DNA from: Chiloscyllium plagiosum
Lineage: Eukaryota
DNA: 64,000 bases
Assembly: GCF_004010195.1 (NCBI RefSeq)
Contig: NC_057751.1
Span: 12,319,508-12,383,507 of the forward strand
Direction of reading: 5' to 3'
Shown here one piece after another: positions 12,876-26,070 of this stretch. Under the pieces are notes generated by a model that saw nothing but the letters and a program-made list of their open reading frames with translations, was not told where the DNA came from and did no database searches. How positions within the stretch are numbered: position 1 is the stretch's first letter; every line of letters starts with the position of its first letter. A program made the translations under genes and the position numbers.

Positions 12876-14107
12876 TCATTTTGTAAAATGGATGTGGATG
12901 CTGACGAGATGGGGGAGCAAATTAATGCAGAGTGATCTTTGATTCAGCAGCACCCAATGTTATAAATCACTTTCTGTTCAACAAAATCAGATCACATTTA
13001 TATTAAAATGTGACACAGTGACATTTTCCAATAATTGATTGCCTCCTTTCATGAGGAACAAATTGGGTGTTTTCTTTTTAACAAATTGGACATTGCTTTT
13101 CAGCTTACAGTCTTGCCTTTTTGTTCTCATTGAGCTGATTACATTTTTTCCATCATTGTGGCTTTCGCAGGAAGAAAATAAATTGTTTGATAAATTTTAA
13201 TTTGGTTGACAATTTTATGAAAAACTTCTATGTAATAGAGCTGTGCATAGAAATAACTTAAATGCTCACATTTAAACTTGAAAGAGAAAAACAAGTCAAA
13301 GAACCAAAACATTAATTAGGTCACCACTGATTTAGATGGTTGTTTGATTTGTAATGCTCCAGAAAAACTGAATTGAATAGCCATGCAAAGAGAAAAAAGC
13401 AATTATTTGGGGTATAGGCATAAAAAAGACTAAAGCATGGACTGGAGTATTTGGCTATGAAGGAGTGTGGTTGATTCATATGCAAATTCAATAGCAGCAG
13501 GTATTGTGTATATATATCACACAAACAATCCTAATTCAACTCAGCTGTACAGAACTGGCCAGTTGTTGATACCATTACACCTTTTTTGAAACTTCTGTTT
13601 TGACAGGTGCTCCATCAAACCTGTCCTGAGTTGGCTTCCTTTTGGAATCTTCAACATGTGGTCAGTTCATGAATTTTTTTTTAGTTATGTGCAGATGCTG
13701 CTCTTTCACCTGAGAGCCAAAATGTTTGGCCGTTGATTTGGCGGAGGCTATGCAAAATCGTGAATGATTTCTGTGCAGGCTTCAGTTGAAACGGTCTCCA
13801 GTGGCAGAAGGGTCAGCTGCTGAATAATGCAGATTGCCTCTCTTTTTCTTCAATGTGTAGAAAATATTTTTACATGGTGAGTTGTACTCTGAAATATACT
13901 GCCTCATAGGGGGCTTGAATAAAATTGTTACTTTCAAAAAGGAATTTCACAAATCCTTGCCAGGATAAAGGTATAGACCATGCAAACTGAGCTGCGAAAT
14001 GTAACAAATTTTATAGCGCTTTGGAAGTCAGTGCATGGATAGCAGCATAAATGATCTCCTCCTCTGACTTGTCAGTTTATAATCCTTTGAAGACAGTTAT
14101 CATAAAG

Positions 14108-14232
14108 TCATATAACATGGAAACACTCTTCAGTCCACCCAGTCCATGCCAATCACAATCCCAAACTAAACTCGTCCAACCTACCTGCTCCTGGCCCATA
14201 TCCTTCCAAACCTTTCCTATTCGTGTCCTTAA
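14108..14232 (-). mobile_element. CR1 (HER1-like) 3' tail fragment
   Basis: atggaaacactcttcagtccacccagtccatgcc...tggcccatatccttccaaacctttcctattc matches the CR1 3' end at 60407-60540. Confidence 0.7.
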
Positions 14233-15289
14233 TATGTGAGATTAGCGATTATGCAATATAAAGTAGATAATTTTCTGTGAGCACTTTGGAACACCCTGAC
14301 ATCATGATAGGTGCTGCAGAAATGCAAGTATTCATTTCTTTACCACATAGGCTGTGCCAAAAGATCAATTCTTGACTTTACATCCTTGTTCATTTCCATC
14401 CAATGCTGTGAATTCATTCTGTTGGCCAAACCCATGACTAAGATGCAAAAGGAGCTGACAAGCGTGAGAATTGTTATTTGGTAAATCAAGGAGAAAAAAA
14501 GGTTGTGGCTTAATACTTCACATTAAGATGTAAAGATGAAAATTTCTCTCAAAACAAAGACTAATTACCGACTGGATATTCTAAAGTTCTAACGTTAAAG
14601 TTAAATTGAAGGGTTTCGGTAATGATTGAGTGAATCTTTACTCCGTAACGATTTGTAAGGGCTGCAATTCATGCTTGGATGTTAAATCAATGGACATCAG
14701 GAAAAATTCTAGACTCAAGTTGTCTTCCTAAAATCTGGAATTTCATCTCATCATTAGTGCGAGCATTGTTATAAATGTGCACTTTTATTTCTTTATTATC
14801 ACAAGGATCAGACACTAAACAATTGGCAAGAGTGTTCTTTCAAATAACCTAACAAAGAAGTGGTGTGAAATTTGCCTTTCAATTGGGATTTCTTGGTGTC
14901 TGCTGGCCACCTACTGTGACAAATAAAAATAGCTGTTCCTGCTGGAAATAAGACTGGTCCTTGAATGTTGCTTGAGGCGTGAGCAATTTTGCCAATTAAT
15001 ATATCTTGTACATTCTTCTATTAAATTATTATCTACAAATTTTATGGTGGATGGCTCAAAAGAAACGTGGAAAGTCCTAATTTCCTGATCAGACCTTGAG
15101 TGTCAATAATGTGCATGCATAATGACATAACTAAGCTTAATTTGGAAATATACTCTTTTGTGTCCATGCTGCCAAGAACACCAGTAGCTCACATTTGGAC
15201 ACACATGACCCAACAAAACAGGACTATTCTTTGAAATGAGTCAATTTGATGGGAAATAACCTCATGGCTCTTTAGTCATGCTTTGAACA

Positions 15290-15566
15290 GTGACTTCAAT
15301 TCAAGGCTTGAGCACTCCGACACCTCCCTATACTGCAAAGGAAATCCATACTGTCAGCAGGACCATCTTTTGAATCTCATGTGAACAGTTCCTCTCTGCA
15401 CTATTGAAAAGGAGGAATGAAGTTTTCTTTGTCAACAGTTATCCTGAAGCAACATTATCATGACTGATTATTTGCCCATTTTCATTGCCTTTTGTGGATT
15501 CTGGCTGTGTGCGAATTGGAGCATGTTTCTGTACATTACAGCAGTGACTACATTAAGAGGTACACT
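15290..15566 (+). mobile_element. Degraded Deu-domain SINE (SacSINE1-like)
   Basis: gattatttgcccattttcattgccttttgtggattctggctgtgtgcgaattgg...tacattacagcagtgactacatt resembles the Deu domain and tail; similar to 57505-58130. Confidence 0.6.
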
Positions 15567-15809
15567 TTTTTTCCCCCCTCTGTTTTGCTTTATTTCTTGG
15601 TTTTCTCCTTCTTCCCTTCCATCCTTGATGATAATGCATAAAAAAAATGTCATTGTCTGGAAAGGAAACCCTTGAAGACTCTTTGTAACAAAATTCGCTA
15701 TAATCCATTTTCTATGACCACCCATGCTAATTTTCATCCTTCAGAGTCTGGTCAAAATAGACAGAGGAATTTCTTGACTCTAGAGTGAAGCAGAATCATC
15801 CATGATCTC

Positions 15810-16832
15810 ATAAGACTGTAAGACCAGAAGAAATATGAACAAGAGTAGGCTCTTTGGCCCCTCAAGCATGCTCTACCATTCAATATGATCACAGCTTATC
15901 TTTGATTCACCGGCTGATCAAGAATCTATCTCAACCATAAATATGCACAAGAGCTCTACCCCCACAGCTCCCTGTGGCAATGAGTTCCAAATGCTGACAG
16001 CCCTCTGAGAGAAATCCCTCCTTATCTCAGTCTTAAATTGAAGTTTCTTTATTCTGTGACTATTTCATCTGAACTTAGATTCTCCCATGAAGAGAAACAT
16101 CTCTCAGCATTTAGCCTATCAAGCCCCCTGAAGAATCCAATCTGTTTCAATGCAAACACATCATTCTTTTAAACATCAGTGAGTAGAGTCCCAATCTGTT
16201 TAGTTTATGCTCGTAAGATAAGCCCTCTATACCAGGGAACATCTTGGTGAACCTTCTCTGAACTGCCTCCAATGAAACAACATCTTTCTTGAAATAAGGG
16301 GACATAAACTGCTCTCGTTACTCTAGATGTGGTCTCACCAGCACTTTGTACAGTTACAGTAGGATTCCCTACTCTTAAACTCTAACACCGTTGAAATAGC
16401 AGCCTACATTGCATTAACCTTCCTGATTATCTGCTGTACTTGTGTGTTCATGTTCCATGTTTTGTGCAAAAATGTCCTCAAGTCTTTTGTGTTGTACCTT
16501 TCTGCAGTTTCTTTCCATTGAAATAATGTTCTGCTCTTTTGCTCTCTCTTAAGAAATTAACTACTTTGGAAGACATAAATTTGTCAGACATGATTACTGC
16601 TTCATGAAGTTATCTAGACTCTGATCAATTAGATTACAATCTTCCAAACATTCTGCAATTAGTTCCTTAATAATTGATTCCAAGTACTTTGGCAACAATA
16701 GATGTTCAGCTATTTGGCATACAGTTACCTGCCTCTTGTCTCCCTCTCCTTTTTGAGTAGGGCTGCTCCATTTACACTTTCCCACTCCTTTTTAGTATTT
16801 CTACAAAATCCTGCAATCTTTGGTAAATTACG
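15810..16832 (-). mobile_element. CR1 LINE, 3' end plus RT N-terminal piece, internally deleted
   Basis: Tail taagactgtaagaccagaag...gtaggctctttggccc; ORF 16594-16785 (KYLESIIKELIAECLEDCNLIDQS..FMK) is CR1 RT-like. Confidence 0.8.
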
Positions 16833-16844
16833 ACACCACAGATT

Positions 16845-18317
16845 TCTCAAAGTTAGTTGAGGAGATTGTGGAGGAATTGGTAGTGACCTTTCAGGAATTA
16901 CTGGAGTCGTGGAGGATCCCAGATGGTTGGAAAATTGGCAAATCTTAACACCCCTGTTTAAGAAGGGAGGAAGGCAGAAGACCGGAAACGTCAGGCTGTT
17001 AGGTTTGATCTCAGTCCTTGATAAGATTCTAGAGTCCATTGTTATGGATGACATTGCGGAGATTTAAAAAAATGGATCATCAAATAGAGCTGAGTCAACA
17101 TGGATTTGTCAAGGGGACATCGCACCTGACCAACCAGTTAGTATTGTTTTGAGGAGTAATTCAACAAAAGGGAACCAGTGGATGTGATTTTTTTGGGTTG
17201 CCAGAAGATCTTTGTCTCTGTACCACACAGGAGATTGAAAAGTAAACTGGTGTAAGGGGCAAGGTACTGGCATGAATAGAGGATTGGCTGACTGGTAAAG
17301 GCAGAGAAGAGGGATAAAAGGATCTTTTCAGGATGACAGATAGTGAGTAGTGGAGTTCTGCAGGAGTCGGTGTTGGGACCACAACTATTCACTTTATATG
17401 TTAATGATCTGGATGAACGAACTGAGGACATTATTGCTAAGTTTATAAAGATAGATGGAGGGACAGGTCGTGTTGAGGAAGCGGGGAGGCTGCAGAAGCA
17501 CTTGGATAGGCTGAAAAAGTAGGCAAAGAAGTGGCAGATGGAATACAATGTAGGAACATGTGAGGTGATACACTTCGGCATGACTATTATTTAACTGGAA
17601 CAAAACCGCAGAAAAGTGTAGCACAGAGGGATTTTGTGGTTCACTGGTGCACAATGTAAAAAGTCTCACATACAAGTACAGTGGGTAATAGGGAAGATGA
17701 ATGGATTGTGGTCTCTTTTTTTCAAAGGGAATGGAATATAAAAGCAGGGAGCTTTTTCTAAAACTAAATAAGGCACTAGTTAGAGCACAGCTGGATACTG
17801 TGATATTTTATGTATTGAATGAAATACGTTATTGAATGAAAGGTAGACTGGCATTGGAGGTAGTTCAGAGGTTGTTCACTGGACTTTTACCAGGTGTGGA
17901 GTGACCGTCATATTAGGAGAGATTGAGTAGATTGGGCCTGTACTCATTAGAGTTTAGTAGAATGCAAGGTGACTTTTTTTCAGACATACAAGATTCTTAA
18001 GGGGACTTGAAAGGGGATATGTATAAAGGCTGCTTCCCCCATGGGGGAGTCTAGGACCAGAGGGTACAATCTCAGAACAAGGAATCTCGCATTTAAGATG
18101 GAGTTGAGCAGTAATTTCTTCTCTGAGGATCAGGAATCTGTGGACAGCAGAGGGCTGTCGAGGCTGTATCTTTGTCGGTATTCACAGCTGACCTAGAATG
18201 ATTTTTAATCAGCAACAAAGTCAAGGGTTATGGAGAAAAGGCAGAGAAGTGAAGCTGAGGATGATCAGATCAGTCATGATCGCATTGAAGGTGGAGCAGA
18301 CTCCATGAACTGAATAG
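16845..18317 (+). mobile_element. CR1 LINE ORF2 RT region through 3' UTR, degraded
   Basis: Recognisable motifs TPLFKKGGRQK, QHGFVKG, SGVLQESVLGPQLFTLYVNDLD, LQKHLDRL, CEVIHFG, with stops and frameshifts. Confidence 0.9.
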
Positions 18318-18469
18318 ACCCTGAGGAGCAAAGAAATGGCTTGCAGATAAAGAGAGTGCCAAACTTTCAGACAACTAACCAGGAGAGTTCCAGCACGACT
18401 GAGAGGGAGTTCGGAAAAGGTACCAATTTAGAATGAGAGCAGGAAGCACATGTTGAGAGCTGGGTGGAG

Positions 18470-18765
18470 TGGACGTTAATTAATGGGACTGAAAACTTGT
18501 TTAATGATGTGAAGTCATGAGTTCAGATTCCACATTTGACAGCTGGGTAATTTAAATTGAATTGAATCAGTCCAGAAGTTATTATGAGTAATAAGACTAC
18601 TGGATTGTCATAAAAAAGCCACCTGGTCTACTCATGTCTTTTAGTGAAGGAAATCTGCTGTTTTTTGCTGTTCTACTTCAAATGTGAGTCCAGACTCAGC
18701 AACAGTGTTGGAGATTAAAGACCACCTGCTTGAATTGAATGACAATAAAGAAATGCCCACCAGTG
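18470..18765 (+). mobile_element. Degraded tRNA-derived SINE (family sharing its head/body with 59938-60230)
   Basis: cctggtctactcatgtcttttagtgaaggaaatctgct...atgtgagtccagactcagcaaca aligns to 60090-60175. Confidence 0.6.
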
Positions 18766-18959
18766 TATAGGGAGTGTTAGAAGGGAGGGAGATTCTCTGT
18801 ACAAGATTGGAGTCTTTAATGGGGTATCTCATATTTTTGCAGGACCATCCATTGCTGGCTTGTGAGTGGTGCAGCATGCTGCCGCCAATTCTTTTTTTAA
18901 CACCAGGATGTAGGTTACTTAATGATTTCAATTGATACATGTTACATTGACTAATATTT

Positions 18960-20865
18960 ATCATTCACTTGTGGGACACGAGTGTCACTGCTGGCCAGCA
19001 ATTATTGCCCATTTCTAGTTCCCCTTGAAAAGTTCAGTAGTAAGTTGCTTTTTTAAACCCCGATGTCCATAGGCTGTAGATAGATCCACAATGCCCTTAG
19101 GGAATTCCAGGATTTTGACCCAGTGACAGTGAAGGAACAATCTATATATTTCCAAGTCAGGACGGTGAATGGCTTGGAAGGGAATTTGCAGATGGTGGTG
19201 TTGCCATGTATTTGCTGCCCTTGTCCTTCCATATGGAAGTGTTCACCGGTTTGGAAAGTGCTGCCTGAGGGACTTTGGTGAATTTCTGCAGTGCATCTTG
19301 TAGATAGTAGTACACGCTGGTTCAACTGGACACCAGTGGTGGAGGTAGTGGATGTTTATGGATGTGGTGCCCATCAAGTGGGCTACTTTATCCTGGATGG
19401 TGTTAAAACCTTCTTGATTGTTGGAGCTGCACACATCCACTATCACATCAAGTATTCCATTACACTTCTGACTTGCGTCTTGTCGATGGTGGACAGGCTT
19501 TAGGAAGTTAGGAGGTGAGTTACTCACTGCACTATTCCAGGTCTCTGACCTGCTCTTTAGCCATTGGTGAGTCTAGTTGAGTTTCTGATCAATGGTTACC
19601 CCACATGCGCACACACACACACACACACACACACACGTCGGTAGTGGAAGATTCAGAGATGGTTAGGCAATTGAATATCAAGTGTGGTTAGATTGTCTCT
19701 TGTTGGAGATGGTCGTTGCCTGGCAATTGTGTACCACAAATGTTAATTACCACTTGTCAGGCCAAGCCTGGATATTATTTAAATCTTGAACGTTAAGTGC
19801 TTCAGTATCTGAGGAGTCCTGAATGGTACTGGACATTGTGCAATCATTTGTGAACATTCTGACCTGATGATGGAGGGAAGGTCACAGCTAAAGATAGTTC
19901 AGCCGAGGACACGATCCTGAGGAACTCCTGCAGAGATGTCCTGGAGCTCAGATGACTGACTTCCAATAATTTTCACCATCTTCCTATCTGCCAGGTATGA
20001 CTCCAAACAGCAGAGAGTTTGCCCCATTAACTCCAGTTTTGTTGAGGCTCCTTGATGCCAAGGGCTGAAACTCTTATTTCCACTTTTCAGCCCTTTTGTC
20101 CATGTTTGAAATAAGGATATAATGAGGTCAGGAGGTGAGTGACCTTAATGGAACCGAAAAGTAGGCATCACTGAGCAGGTTACTGCTCTGCTCGGTAGCA
20201 CTGATAATGACACTTTGCCACAATTCGCTGATGATCAAGCGTAGACTAATGTGGAGGTAATTGGCTGGGTTGGATTGTCCTGCTTTTTGTGTACAGGATA
20301 TACCTGAGCATTGTTGGGTAGATGTCAGTGTTGTAACTGTACTGGAACAGCTTGGAGGATTTTGGAGCACAAGTCTTCAGTTCTATTGCCCAAATGTTGT
20401 CAGGACCCACAGCCTTTGCAGTACTCTGTGCCTTGAGTTGTTAGCTCTGTTCAAAGCCTGTCCCAGTTAGCATGGTGTTAGTGTTACACAGCTGTATGGT
20501 GGTCATTTTTACTGATCCTATAATGGAGAAATGTATCTGCAGCCAGCAGGTTGGTAACGATGAGGTCAAGTATGTTTTTCCCCTCTCGGTTCCTCCACCA
20601 CCTGCCACAGATCCAGTATGGCAGCCATGTCCTTCAGGATCCGACTAGTTCAATCAATAATGTTTTGCTGCCGAGCTACTCATGGTGATGGACATTGAAA
20701 TCTCCCAAACAGAGTATATTTTGTGCTTTTGTCACTCAATGCTTCCTCCAAGTGTTCAACATGAAGGAGTTCTGATTCATCAGCTGAGGGGGGAGACTAA
20801 GTGATAACCAAAAGAAGGTTTTTTTTTTGCTTGTGTTTAACCTGATGCCACGAGGCTTCATAAGG
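18960..20865 (-). mobile_element. CR1-group LINE (second family): endonuclease C-part, RT and 3' tail, degraded
   Basis: Minus strand encodes GDFNVHH (20680-20707), PANYLHISL, GVPQDRVLG and a ..DLPSIIRS piece, and a C-terminal IYKMHCRNSPK...KSWNSL; a (CA)n is inserted at ~19609. Confidence 0.85.
19609..19636. repeat. (CA)n microsatellite
   Basis: Directly visible. Confidence 0.95.
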
Positions 20866-21018
20866 TAAATAGGCATAATTGAAAGACCATCAGGAACCAG
20901 AGATGTTACATTGTCTCCAACGAAGCCTCGTGCTTGACTGTATCATCTGCACAAAAAGACTCTGATGTATGTCATATTATTTATATTTTAATGTCATCAA
21001 TTTTTGATTTGGAGTTTT
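20690..21018 (+). repeat. Direct repeat copy 1 (329 bp)
   Basis: Near-identical to 21259-21590. Confidence 0.97.
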
Positions 21019-21259
21019 AGATTAGATTACTAGATTAGATTACTTAGTGTGGAAACAGGCCCTTCGGCCCAACAAGTCCACACCGACCCGCCGAAGCGCA
21101 ACCCACCCATACCCCTACATTTACCCCTTTAACCTAACACTACGGGTAATTTAGCCTGGCCAATTCACCTGACCCGCACATCTTTGGACTGTGGGAGGAA
21201 ACCGGAGCACCCGGAGGAAACCCACGCAGACACGGGGAGAATGTGCAAACTCCACACAG
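21019..21259 (-). mobile_element. HE1-type SINE, 5'-truncated (no tRNA head)
   Basis: Near-identical to 4044-4279, ending at ...aaactccacacag; flanked by the 329/332-bp direct repeats. Confidence 0.95.
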
Positions 21260-21590
21260 GACATTGAAATCTCCCAAACAGAGTATATTTTGTGCTTTTG
21301 TCACTCAATGCTTCCTCCAAGTGTTCAACATGAAGGAGTTCTGATTCATCAGCTGAGGGGGGAGACTAAGTGATAACCAAAAGAAGGTTTTTTTTTTGCT
21401 TGTGTTTAACCTGATGCCACGAGGCTTCATAAGGTAAATAGGCATAATTGAAAGACCATCAGGAACCAGAGATGATACATTGGTCTCCAACGAAGCCTCG
21501 TGCTTGACTGTATCATCTGCACAAAAAGACTCTCTGATGTATGTCATATTATTTATATTTTAATGTCATAAATTTTTGATTTGGAGTTTT
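21259..21590 (+). repeat. Direct repeat copy 2 (332 bp)
   Basis: Differs from copy 1 at few sites (gatgttacattgtc vs gatgatacattggtc; gactctgatg vs gactctctgatg; catcaattt vs cataaattt). Confidence 0.97.
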
Positions 21591-21984
21591 GAATTTGAAT
21601 TCGTGACATATGGATTTTCTGTGTCTGAAATTGTTCAATGGTTACCTTGTAAGTACTTTGGGAGCCGTGGTGATTTCTTTCAAAACTCAGAATAAGAAAA
21701 AAGACTTGCTTAATTGCTGAATGAGTAATGGTTTTTTGTTTAAAATGGAGATTTTATGATGATACAAGGGAAACAGTTCTGCATCAGGCTCCAATTTGGA
21801 GTATGAGGAATTGATTTGCCTTTCTTCAGATTCGCAGAAGCACCCAAAGCTTGGGGGGAAAAAAAAGATTTAGTTTCAGTTTGTGCAGTTCTGCAGGGTT
21901 TATTGATGGAGTTGTATGAGTAAATGAGTTGCTGCTGAGAAAGGGAGAAGGTAGCATAGAATTGTTTTTTTAAAAAAAAAGATT

Positions 21985-22756
21985 ATCAGTTTGCTCGCTG
22001 AGCTAGAAGACTTGTTCTCAGACGTTTCATCACCATGATAAGTAACGTCATCAGTGAGCCTCTGTTGAAGCGCTGGTGTACTGTCCTGCTTTTTTTTATT
22101 TGTGTCTTGGTCTGTTATGGTGGGTGATATCACTTTTTTTTCTTTTTCTGAGAGGTTGGTGAATGGGGTCCAAACCGATGTTGTTGATGGAGTTCCGGTT
22201 TGAATGCCAGGCCTCTGGGAATTCCCCACAAACCTACCAACACACAGAAAAACTTTTGATATACCAACAACCAGCAGAATGAACGTCACATATAAAATAC
22301 CCTGTAAGGACTGCAACAAACATTACATCGGACAGACTGGCAAGAAAATAGCCTCCAGGAACACTAACACCAACTAGCCACCAAAAGACATGACCAACTA
22401 TCACTAGTATCCTTATACACAGACAATGAGGGGAATCAATTCAACTGGAACAATGCATCCAATCTGGGACAGGCTAAACAAAGACGCACATAGAAATTCC
22501 CAGAGGCCTAGCATTTAAACCGGAACTCCTCACCAAACGCATTGATTTGGACCCCAGGAAAAGAACCAGAAGTGATATCACCCACCACAACAGACCAATC
22601 CACAAATAAATGGAAAACAGTACAGTACAACAGCACTTCAATGGAGGCTCACTGATGATGTTACCTCACATGATGTCTGAGAACAAATCTTCCAGCTCAG
22701 TGAGCAAACTTGCAACCTGAACCACAAGCTGAGCTACAAATCTTCACAAAAATTGC
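21985..22756 (+). mobile_element. Penelope-like element (third family) with inverted 5' pLTR and GIY-YIG fragment
   Basis: Plus arm encodes NVTYKIPCKDCNKHYIGQTGKK (GIY-YIG). Minus arm 21985-22225 is the reverse complement of 22495-22712. Degenerate TSD attgtt..aaaaaagatt / attgttaaaaatagatt. Confidence 0.9.
22017..22058 (-). ncRNA. Minimal type-I hammerhead ribozyme motif, intact core
   Basis: Minus strand ctca-CTGATGA-c-gttac-ttatcatg-gtgat-GAAA-cg-TC-tgag: 4-bp stem I, stem II, palindromic ACGT stem III. Confidence 0.8.
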
Positions 22757-22759
22757 ATT

Positions 22760-23257
22760 GTTAAAAATAGATTGCCTCAGCATCAAGAGTTCAATAGAAA
22801 TTGCAGACCAGAATATTTGATTAAAACCTTGAAGGAGTTATTTTGAAGCTGAGAAAGTTTATGCTGTGTTATATGATGGAGCAAGGAAATGGCTGTCAGA
22901 TTTTCATGACGGGAGCTAAAGCTGCAGCTCAGTCAAATCTGATGTGAGGTAGAGATGGGAATTTTCTTGGGTATTTGAGGACTGCAATGGAATTTTGTTA
23001 GAATTTATGGTTCTTTGTATTTTTGTGTTAATAAAGACACATTAAATGTGTGTTATTTATGGAAATGGATTTGTTCATTCTACTTTATCTTTTGCTATTT
23101 GATGCAATGAAATTCTGGTTTTATTGTTAATCCTGAAACTGCATCATTGTGTGTTCACTTTTCAGCATTAAACGCAAAATAAAACAAATTCTGATCTATA
23201 AAGCCAGATTTTAGACTGGGATCTGACTTTCCAATAATAACCTCAACTGTGTGACAT
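22760..23257 (+). mobile_element. Possible old LTR remnant (U5-like end)
   Basis: aataaa signal, T-rich U5-like segment ending ...ctgggatctgactttccaataataacctcaactgtgtgaca; no TSD confirmed. Confidence 0.3.
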
Positions 23258-25169
23258 TTATCAGGTTGGTGCACCAGAAGTGCATTTTTAACATTAACTG
23301 TTTCAGAACCATTACCTTCAACACTAGATTGAATCTTATCTGCAAACTGCATTCAAAGGGGCAGATTAAATTGGTAATACTGGATTCCAAGTCATATTGG
23401 ACTGAAGATATGAAACCTATTTCAGTCTCCATATGTGCTGCCAGACTTGCTACATTTCTCTATCACTTGCTGTTTCTACTTAAGTTCTGCAACATCAGGA
23501 ATACTTTGTTTTCATTTTACCATGGTGAACTGGATTTAGTACACTCAAGTAACGATTGTGGTAACTTTTGGGCAACTAACTATCTACTTTGTCACTTGAA
23601 AATCTAAATGTCACTTCATTTTTTTTATATATTGCACAAAAATGCTTCAATAAAATCCATCATTCCAATGTAAAAATTCAGACGTGTCTGACTGATTCTG
23701 ACCATGGTGATTCCACCATATTTACATCAGTTACTGTGTGACTTTGAAATTTCTTTAACTAACATTGAGCAGGTTGGGAATGATGGGGTGAGCATCAAGC
23801 CTATACCAATATCATCAAATTGAATCAAGTTTAAGACCAGTGACCTGGGCCGAGAATTCATCCGTTGGTTCACTAATGTTAAGCCTGAAGGCCGATCCTT
23901 GGATCATTTAAGTACTGATGCTTCATCCTGAGATGTATCTTGTGGTGGTTTGTCACGGCATTACATTTTTAGGCAAGGCAAAGAGATAGACCCTAAACTC
24001 GCTCCAACCGGGACGTCAGTCTTGGTTCTGACCCACATGCTGGTCAGCAGAGTTAACCAGCCCTTTAGGACTGTGAAGGAACTTTGAGAGATGGGGTGTG
24101 CTTGGTGAGGTGATTTAGATCTGAACAAATTTCTTCACTGCCTCCACTCGGAGTGGGAGTGATGCTTGGAAGGGAGTTCTGGCAGGGAGGCAGGTGGTGC
24201 CTGTTGTAGATCTGAAATGTTTCCTTTTGTAACGATGCTTTCCTTTGGCCTCACTGGTTTCCCATGAATAAGGCAGTAGCTGGCCAGCCACCCCAGGCAG
24301 ACAGGGGTTGGTTTTGCAATCAATTTTGCCCTCTGTGCTGTCATGCTTTTGCCCCTGCTTTAACTGCAAGGGCAACCCATCTGATGCTTTGTGACAGGAG
24401 ACATCAAATAGGTCCAAGTGAATACTCACTTCACCTTTTTAATGGTTTGCTCTGTAAAGAGTAAGGAGCAGTTTCCCCACGCCAGGAAAGAGTCCTTGCC
24501 TCTCCTCTCCATCTCTGGCAGTGCCGGAGACAGCAAGACCTCTGGTCTAACTTAATTCCTTTCATTCCTCCGAGTTCTGGAACAATGTTCATGGTTTCTG
24601 CTACCCTCTAAAGCCATCCTATCAGCTTTAAGTGGGAGCCCAGGATGGATTATCATGAAGAGGCCTTAGAATGCAAATGAACCTGGACCTCTGTCATTCC
24701 CCAAATATTCCCAGAGTTAAAATCAAACCATAATGCCAAAAGTAGCACCTGTCTACTTTGTACAATATTGTTTTTGAACTCGGCTTCACCTCGTAGTCAT
24801 CATTCACTGGAAACTTGAAACCTTCCTGTTTGCATACTCTAAATTGTCAACGTAACATGGCTAATGTAGAATATGAGATAGGGAATTCATTCCCATTTTA
24901 GTAGAAACATTGGGTTAAAGAGAATGTGGCTATACTGCTGTACATTTAGTGGAAAGCTGCTATTTGACAGGAACAATTTTCATTTGGATTTGTGCCTAAT
25001 AGACAAGTGCCTGGACAGCATTACAATGATGTAATCAGTTGCTGGATTAATACAGGCAAGTATGCTGTGCCATTACAGGATACATGGCATTGCACAATAC
25101 ATTTTGCAGTTCATTAGATTTTGCTTTTCTCCCTGTGTTGCCAAATAAATTAAGGGGCACTGGCACTTA

Positions 25170-25440
25170 GGAACTCACGAAAGCTCCTTTGACAGCATCT
25201 TCCAAATCTCTGACCGCCAATTGAAGGACAAGGACAGCAGGTGCAAGGAACTCTGCTCCCTATAAATTTGTCTTCAAGCCACACACTGCTGTCTTTCATT
25301 CACTGCTGCCAGGTCAAAATTCTGGGTGACCACTTGTTCAAAAGGTATGCTCATCGCCACTTATCAATAACAAAAAGAAATGGGCAATAAATGCTGGCCT
25401 CAGCAGTAATGCTCACGTCCCACGAACGAACAAGTTAAAC
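25170..25440 (+). mobile_element. 3' fragment of the second CR1-group LINE
   Basis: cagcatcttccaaatc...aaggacaaggacagcagg...atgggcaataaatgctggcctcagcagtaatgctcacgtcccacgaacgaa matches 61240-61550. Confidence 0.7.
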
Positions 25441-25869
25441 AGAAAACACTGTGCAGCATTTACAACCATATGCTCCACGACTGTACATTAACGTTGCAAA
25501 GTTGCCATCCAGCTCCCATTTTCACCTTATGTGTTTGTTGTGTGATACTTCGACAAGACCACCGAAGAGTGTAACCAAAGCATTGCCATGAGCAGCTTTG
25601 AGAAATTGCGAACAAGTCAATTTCAACATCAGTTTCTATACCATTCCCTATATTTTATCTTGGCCTTGTCAAGAGCAGGGAACCATAAGCAATGGCAAAA
25701 GAATTGATAAGATATGTGACCCTGAGCCAGTCTTGCTCATAGACTGCTTTTTTTTCTTCTAAGCAGCAATGATGGTAATGCATTCAAAAATAGTCTGTTG
25801 ATTGTGAAAGAATAAAAGGAAGAAAACAAAACAGCTTTCACAACTCAGGAATTAATCAGTCTTGTGAGT

Positions 25870-26070
25870 CAATTAGTGCACAGCAAGGACCTGGAGCCAG
25901 CAATGTGATAATGACCTGATACTGTGTTGTTTTATTGCTGTTGACTAATAAATATGGGCAACAGGTATCATTGAGAACCCCCCTGTCCTTCTTTAGCACA
26001 TAAAACCACTGTGGAACGTACTGGATGAAAAGCCAAGCTGCAACTTCTCATGGGTTGCATCATAACATTT
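25870..26070 (-). mobile_element. Deu-domain SINE fragment
   Basis: gcacagcaagg...cagcaatgtgataatgacctgata...taaatatggg...gagaacccccctg is the reverse complement of the Deu domain. Confidence 0.6.

Noticed and set aside
13607..13660. Exon candidate VLHQTCPELASFWNLQHV (phase 0-0)
   Set aside because: Phase does not follow exon A (stop in phase 1); no supporting homology.
15810..18317. Head-to-head CR1 pieces as one twin-primed insertion
   Set aside because: Both pieces have their own 3' ends and overlapping RT regions, so they are separate insertions.
23800..24750. GC-richer segment (also 34320-34760) as possible exon or DNA-transposon remnant
   Set aside because: No recognisable protein motif, splice pair or verifiable terminal inverted repeat.
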